Assembly: GCA_963828735.1 (NCBI GenBank)
Contig: CAWHFW010000005.1
Coordinates: 2,272,001-2,336,000 of the forward strand
Origin: an uncultured Gemmatimonadales bacterium
Lineage (GTDB): Bacteria > Gemmatimonadota > Gemmatimonadetes > Gemmatimonadales > GWC2-71-9
Reading direction: 5' to 3'
Length of the DNA stretch: 64,000 nt
Shown: in pieces, positions 59,082-64,000 of the stretch
Layout: the number at the start of each line of letters is the position of its first letter
Position numbering within the stretch: the first letter of the stretch is position 1
Notes under the pieces: generated by a model
What the model was told of the DNA's origin: nothing
What the model saw: the letters and a program-made list of their open reading frames with translations, nothing else
Database searches by the model: none
Translations under genes and position numbers: made by a program

Positions 59082-60353
59082 TCAGGTCGTCGCTCTCCGC
59101 GACCCGCCGGCGAGCACGAGGCCGGTGCCGCGCACCACGCCGCGCGCGCCCCAGCGACCTCGAATACGATCGATCGCATCCTGCAAGGCAGGGCCCTGGC
59201 TCTCGGGATGCCGGGGCCCCGGGTCGTCTCGATCGATGCGGAGGAGGCTCTCTTCGGAGAGGCCCCTTTCGCCGTGCTCGTGACCCGAGACCGCACCCAC
59301 CTCCTCCCACAGATCGAGCTGCGCTTCGGCCGCCTCCAACCGGTCCAGCGTCAGCGCCACGGTCCGCACGGCGAGCCGCCGTGCGTTGGCGCTGGTAAAA
59401 GCGCGGCGCGCCGCGTCCCAGAGCTCGGCGTCGAGCGCCGCCGCGTGGAGCGGCACGGCGCGCGCGGCGGCGGTGAGGTCGGCGTACGTGAGCGCGACGC
59501 GGAGCCGCCGCGCCACCAGGCCGCGTCGGCGGAGCCGCCGGCCGAGCCGCTCGCCGAGGAGGCGGAGCAGGGGGTGCAGCACACCGAGGTCGTTGGTGTC
59601 GGTGGCGAGCGCGTGCGCCACGTAAAACTCGGCCTGCTGCTCGGGCGGGAGCACCGGCCGCGGATCGATGCCGCGCGCCTGCGCGCGCAGCGTGCGGCCG
59701 GCGCCGCCGAAGACGGCGCAGAGCGCGCTCTCGGGGATGACCGCGACCTCGCCGATGAGGTCGAGCTGATAGTCGTCGAGCCGGCGGCGCAGGCGGGGAT
59801 GCAGGTCGGGGAGCACGTCGAGCGGATGGGGTGCGAGGAAGCCCGCTTCCCCGCCGCCCGGCACCTCGAGCAGCGGCTCGGGCTTGATGACGGTGGAGGC
59901 CGCCTGGCTCACCAGCTTGTTGGCGGCGACGCCGACCGACACGGCGAGCCCGAGCCGCTCGCGCACCTCGCGCTGCACCCGCGCAGCGACGTCCACCGCC
60001 GGGCCGAAGAGCCGGCCCGTGCCGGTGAGGTCGAGAAAGGCATGGCCGTACCCCCGCGGCTCGATGACCGGCGCGTAGATCCGGAGTACCTCGTGCAGCG
60101 CGCGCGAGGCGCGGGCATAGAGCCGCGGGTTGGGCGGGAGCAGCACGAGATCCGGGCAGCGCTTGAGCGCCTGCCGCACCGGCATGCCCCGCTCGATCCC
60201 GGCGAGCCGAGCCTCCGCGGAGAGCGCGAGCACGGTGGCACGGTCGGCGCCCGGCGGCGCCACGGCCACCGGCCGGCTCCGAAGCGCGGGCGCGACGAGC
60301 CCCTCCACGGTGGTGCAGAAGGCGGGGGGATCGATGAAGAGGACGGAGCGCAC
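59082..60353 (-). CDS. Y-family (DinB-like) polymerase lacking the catalytic DE pair; ImuB-like
   Basis: FIDPPAF, SAEAR.AGI..GM, SIDEA replaced by GYGHA, SVGVAANKL, QLDLW clamp motif, DRIRGRWG. Confidence 0.85.
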   Translation of the reverse strand: MRSVLFIDPPAFCTTVEGLVAPALRSRPVAVAPPGADRATVLALSAEARLAGIERGMPVRQALKRCPDLVLLPPNPRLYARASRALHEVLRIYAPVIEPRGYGHAFLDLTGTGRLFGPAVDVAARVQREVRERLGLAVSVGVAANKLVSQAASTVIKPEPLLEVPGGGEAGFLAPHPLDVLPDLHPRLRRRLDDYQLDLIGEVAVIPESALCAVFGGAGRTLRAQARGIDPRPVLPPEQQAEFYVAHALATDTNDLGVLHPLLRLLGERLGRRLRRRGLVARRLRVALTYADLTAAARAVPLHAAALDAELWDAARRAFTSANARRLAVRTVALTLDRLEAAEAQLDLWEEVGAVSGHEHGERGLSEESLLRIDRDDPGPRHPESQGPALQDAIDRIRGRWGARGVVRGTGLVLAGGSRRATT

Positions 60354-60363
60354 TATGAGCGCA

Positions 60364-61389
60364 CTATAGAAGGAGGAGGGGATCCTCCGTGACGTGGCGC
60401 TCACGCCCCTCGAGCTGCCGCCGCCGCCGGCGCCCCTCGTCCAGCGGAAAGCCGTGGTGCCGCTGGAGATCATGCAGCCGTTCCGCCAGCGCCTGCTGGT
60501 AGGCAGGACTCACGCCCTCGCGCCGCGCGTAATGCCGCTCGTACCGCGCGGCGAGCTCGGGAAACTCGTGAGCGAGCACGGGAAGGAAGCGCTGCCGCGC
60601 CGCGGGGCCGAGCCGGAGCGCCGACCCGACCACGTAGCGGGCACCCGCCTCCTTCGCCGCGCCCATGAGCCGTCCGAGCCCAGCACGGTCGTCGGTGATG
60701 CCGGGCAGAATGGGCGCCACCAGGAGACCGGCGTGGACGCCGGCCGACGTGAGCCGGGCGAGCGCGCGGATGCGCGCCTCCGGCACCGGCGACTTGAGCT
60801 CGAGCCGCCGCGCGAGGCGGCGATCGAGCGTGGCGAGCGACACGTTGACGGTGACCTCGTGCCGTTCGGCGAGTTGGCGCAGCACGTCGATGTCGCGCAC
60901 GACCAGCGGCGACTTGGTGATGATCTCGATGGAGAGCCCGCGATATCGATGCAGCGCCTGCAGGATCCCGCGCGTGAGGCGGAAGCGCCGCTCCGCGGGC
61001 TGGTAGGGATCGGTGGCGGTCCCGATGACGAGGGAATGGTTGCCGAAGCGCGTGGGATCGAGCGTGCGCACGAGCACGTCGGTGACGCCGGTCTTCACCA
61101 GGATCCGCCGCTCGAACGCCTCCCACGCGGGCAGCGGCTCGGCGGGGAGACCGCTGCGCTCGACGGCGTAACGGTGCGTATCCCGCGCGTAGCAATAGGT
61201 GCAGCCGAACTCGCAGCCGACGTAGGGATTGATCGACCAGAACCCCATGCGGGTGGCGGCCGGCGTGTTGAGCACCGAACGTACCGGAAGCTCGAGGAAC
61301 CTGGTGCCCCGCGCACGTTCGTCCAGCACCTCCAGCCGTGGCTCCGCCGGCTCGGGCGGCGGCAGGAGGTCGAGCTGACGGCCGGTCAC
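60364..61389 (-). CDS. SplB-like/Rv2578c-family radical SAM protein
   Basis: SINPYVGCEFGCTYCYAR, GTATDPYQPAE, ITKS, APILPGITD. Confidence 0.92.
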   Translation of the reverse strand: MTGRQLDLLPPPEPAEPRLEVLDERARGTRFLELPVRSVLNTPAATRMGFWSINPYVGCEFGCTYCYARDTHRYAVERSGLPAEPLPAWEAFERRILVKTGVTDVLVRTLDPTRFGNHSLVIGTATDPYQPAERRFRLTRGILQALHRYRGLSIEIITKSPLVVRDIDVLRQLAERHEVTVNVSLATLDRRLARRLELKSPVPEARIRALARLTSAGVHAGLLVAPILPGITDDRAGLGRLMGAAKEAGARYVVGSALRLGPAARQRFLPVLAHEFPELAARYERHYARREGVSPAYQQALAERLHDLQRHHGFPLDEGRRRRRQLEGRERHVTEDPLLLL

Positions 61390-61541
61390 TCGCAGCGTGC
61401 CCAGCCGCAGTGACGGCAGCTGACGCAGCCGGACGCGCGCACGAGCGGGCCCGCGCACTCAGGGCACACACGCACGGCGGCAGGCGGGAGGGTATCGGGT
61501 CCGGTAGCAGCAGGGCGGGGGCGGGGTTGGAGTGTTGGCAT
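61386..61541 (-). CDS. 51-aa zinc-ribbon protein
   Basis: CPECAGPLVRASGCVSCRHCGWARCE; GAGGG RBS; GTGA overlap with the radical SAM gene. Confidence 0.7.
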   Translation of the reverse strand: MPTLQPRPRPAATGPDTLPPAAVRVCPECAGPLVRASGCVSCRHCGWARCE

Positions 61542-61560
61542 TGAGTGTCCCTCGACGGGC

Positions 61561-61576
61561 TTCGGTTTTTGTTCGG
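61561..61576 (-). promoter_or_regulatory. TTCGG-N6-TTCGG operator of the Zn-ribbon/radical SAM/ImuB-like operon
   Basis: TTCGGtttttgTTCGG about 20 bp upstream of start; TAGATT and TTGACA further upstream, with non-canonical spacing. Confidence 0.7.
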
Positions 61577-61639
61577 TACGCAATCTATAGATGCGCCTCG
61601 CGCCGAGTCCTGTCAAGGGCGCGGGGATACCTTTGCACC

Positions 61640-62488
61640 ATGCTCGGTGACGGATGGTCCGGCGCGACCGACGAATGGTTCGAGGGCGCCGGCGGAACCC
61701 GGCTGTTCTACCGCCATGCCCGCCCCGCCGGCGGCACGCGGGCGGTCGTGGTCGCCCTGCACGGATTGGGCGACCACTCGGGGTTGTACCCGATGCTGCC
61801 CGACGCGCTGCTGCCCCGAGGCATCGAGCTCTTCGCGCCGGATCTTCGCGGCAACGGCCGCTCGCCGGGCCAGCGCGGCTACCTGCAGTCCTGGGACGAG
61901 TTGCGCGAGGACCTCACCCGGCTGGTCACGAAGGCCCGCGCCGAACGGCCGGCGGTCGCGCTGTTCCTGCTCGGCAGCAGCCTCGGCGGGCTCGCCGTGC
62001 TGGACTACGCGCTGCACCGGCCCGAAGGCATCCGCGGCGTCATAGCGGTCGCTCCGCCGCTCGGTGACGTGGGGGTTCCGGCTCCGCTCCTCGCGCTCGG
62101 ACGGGTGCTGTCCCGTATCTGGCCGCGCTTTTCACTCGAGACCGGGATGGACCTGTCGGGCCTCGCGCGCGATCCGGGCATCGCCGAGCGCGTGCTTGCC
62201 GACCCGCTCTTTCACCGCAGGGGCACCGCGCGACTCTCCACCGAGGTGACGGCGACGATCACGGGCCTTCAGGCCGGCGCGGCGCGCTATCCGGTGCCGG
62301 TGCTCGTGCTCCACGGCGGCGCCGACCGGATGGTCCCGCCCGACGGAAGTCGGCGGTTCATCGCCGGGGTGGGGCATCCCGACAAACGGCTCATCGAATA
62401 TCCCGGCGCCTACCATGCGCTGCTCGCCGACATCGGTGGGGAGCGGGTGCTCGCGGATCTCGGTGAATGGCTCGACGCCCGGACGTGA
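61640..62488 (+). CDS. Alpha/beta hydrolase (lysophospholipase/monoacylglycerol lipase family)
   Basis: HGLGDHSG, DLRGNGRSPGQRG, GSSLGG, HGGAD, YH. Confidence 0.92.
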   Translation: MLGDGWSGATDEWFEGAGGTRLFYRHARPAGGTRAVVVALHGLGDHSGLYPMLPDALLPRGIELFAPDLRGNGRSPGQRGYLQSWDELREDLTRLVTKARAERPAVALFLLGSSLGGLAVLDYALHRPEGIRGVIAVAPPLGDVGVPAPLLALGRVLSRIWPRFSLETGMDLSGLARDPGIAERVLADPLFHRRGTARLSTEVTATITGLQAGAARYPVPVLVLHGGADRMVPPDGSRRFIAGVGHPDKRLIEYPGAYHALLADIGGERVLADLGEWLDART

Positions 62489-62976
62489 CGACGCGTCCGG
62501 TCGCCAAGGTGATGCCGGATCTCGCGCCGACCGGTACGGATGGCTACCGTAGAACAGTGCTGTCCCACTTCGTGCGCGCCATGCGCCTGCGTTGCCCGCA
62601 CTGCGGGGGCGGACCGATCTTCACCAGTTGGTCGCGCCTGCTCCCCGTGTGCCCCGTCTGCGGCCTCGGGCTCGAACGGGGAGAGCAGGGGTACTGGCTC
62701 GGCGCCTACTTCTTCAATCTGATGGGAGTGGAGACGGTCTTCAGCGTGTGGGTAGCGGGGTTTCTGCTCTGGACCTGGCCGAATCCGCCATGGGAGCTCT
62801 TCCAGGTCACCACGGTGGTGCTGATGGTCGTGGTTCCCTTCATCTTCTTTCCGTTCTCGAAGACGCTGTTTCTCGCGTTCGATCTCCTGATGCGTCCCCC
62901 GGACGAGGACGACTTCGCGGCTCCGCACGAGCCGTCGCCGCACTCGCGCGGGGCCGGCTCATCGGGCTCGCCCTAG
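62467..62976 (+). CDS. DUF983 family membrane protein
   Basis: RCPHCGGGPIF, CPVCG, two TM segments; start uncertain. Confidence 0.8.
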   Translation: MARRPDVTTRPVAKVMPDLAPTGTDGYRRTVLSHFVRAMRLRCPHCGGGPIFTSWSRLLPVCPVCGLGLERGEQGYWLGAYFFNLMGVETVFSVWVAGFLLWTWPNPPWELFQVTTVVLMVVVPFIFFPFSKTLFLAFDLLMRPPDEDDFAAPHEPSPHSRGAGSSGSP

Positions 62977-64000
62977 GGCCTCCTCCAGCCGGCTCAACAG
63001 CTCTTCCGCCGTGAACGGCTTCTGCAGGTAGGGGCGATCGCCCTCGAGGAGGAGACGGCGGGTGCCCTCGTCGGGGTGGCCGGACATGAAGAGCACCGGC
63101 AGATCGGGCCGGAGCCGTGTCGCCCGCTCGGCCAGCTCCCGACCGTCCATCCGCGGCATGGCCAGGTCGGTGATGAGTAGATCGAACGACTCTTGCTCGT
63201 GCGCCAGCCGCTCGAGCGCCGCCTCGCCGTCGGGCGCCTCCACGACGCGATAGCCCTGGCTCATGAGCTCGCGGGCCACGACCGTCCGAACCAGCGGATC
63301 GTCCTCCACGACCAGCACGCTGGCCGCCGCGGCCGGCGCCGCCGGCGTGATCGGCTCGGACACGACGTGGGTCGGGGCCTCCACGCGCGGCAGGAACACC
63401 TCGATGCGCGTGCCGCGACCCTGCTCGCTCGCCGCGCGGATATACCCGCCGCTCTGCTTCACGAGGCCGTACACCATCGAAAGGCCCAGGCCGGTGCCCT
63501 TGCCCGGCGCCTTCGTGGTGAAGAACGGCTCGAAGGCACGCTGCAGGGTCGTCGGGGTCATCCCCTGGCCCGTGTCGGACACCACGAGACTGACGTACTC
63601 GCCCGCCTCGATCTCCTCGTCCTGGGACGGGAACGCCGTGCCGGCCGGCACGTTCACCAGCGACGTGCGAATCGAGAGCGTCCCTCCATCCGGCATCGCA
63701 TCGCGGGCATTGAGCGTCAGGTTGAGGAGCATCTGCTCGATCTGGCCCACGTCCGCCCTGACCCGTTGGCTCAGCGACCCGGGCTGAAGCTCGAGGGTGC
63801 AGCGGTCTCCCAGCGCACGGGCGAGGAACGGCCGCAGCCGCTCGATCACGGTGTCCAGGTCGACGACCTCGGGCTGGAGATGCTGGCGCCGGCCGTAGGC
63901 GAGGAGTTGCGCCGTGATCCGCGCGGTCCGCTCGGCCGCCTGGCGGATCTGCTCCACGTCGGTCCGCACGGGCCCAGGAAGCGCCGGATGCCGGAGGACG
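62959..64000 (-). CDS. Hybrid histidine kinase (HATPase + receiver), 5' end beyond window
   Basis: NLTLNARDAMP, FEPFFTTK, GTGLGL, LVVEDD, TDLAMP, KPF. Confidence 0.93.
   Translation of the reverse strand, partial: VLRHPALPGPVRTDVEQIRQAAERTARITAQLLAYGRRQHLQPEVVDLDTVIERLRPFLARALGDRCTLELQPGSLSQRVRADVGQIEQMLLNLTLNARDAMPDGGTLSIRTSLVNVPAGTAFPSQDEEIEAGEYVSLVVSDTGQGMTPTTLQRAFEPFFTTKAPGKGTGLGLSMVYGLVKQSGGYIRAASEQGRGTRIEVFLPRVEAPTHVVSEPITPAAPAAAASVLVVEDDPLVRTVVARELMSQGYRVVEAPDGEAALERLAHEQESFDLLITDLAMPRMDGRELAERATRLRPDLPVLFMSGHPDEGTRRLLLEGDRPYLQKPFTAEELLSRLEEALGRAR

Noticed and set aside
1..64000. CRISPR arrays, tRNA/rRNA, transposases, integrases, prophage
   Set aside because: None recognised by eye; the repeats seen are explained by kdpB, EthD and dnaE2 duplications

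Overview
High-GC bacterial DNA; gene content suggests Gemmatimonadota (inference). (i) 1-19.6 kb is a tetrahydromethanopterin/methanofuran (H4MPT/methylofuran) C1 cluster: fae, mtd, fhcBADC, mch and cofactor genes (mfnB/E/F, orf5/orf7/orf17/orfY-like, PTPS). It carries unusual passengers: a tandem-EthD lipoprotein, a DUF1464 protein, an SDR, a SWIM protein and a GGDEF-EAL protein. (ii) 20-36 kb holds envelope and housekeeping genes (Omp85 fusion, DEAH helicase, ispH, CDF, DUF72, PQQ sugar dehydrogenase). (iii) A split mutagenesis system: dnaE2 at 36-39 kb, a decayed duplicate of its promoter and 5' end at 41 kb, and a Zn-ribbon / radical SAM / inactive Y-polymerase operon at 59-61.5 kb. These share a TTCGG-N6-TTCGG direct-repeat box that also lies before two small unknown genes. 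(iv) A ~290-nt intergenic element at 42.8-43.1 kb can fold into a multi-stem pseudoknotted RNA. (v) A kdp operon has two kdpB genes and two small membrane peptides. Several single-base frameshifts look like sequencing errors. All family calls come from motif recognition, not database searches.
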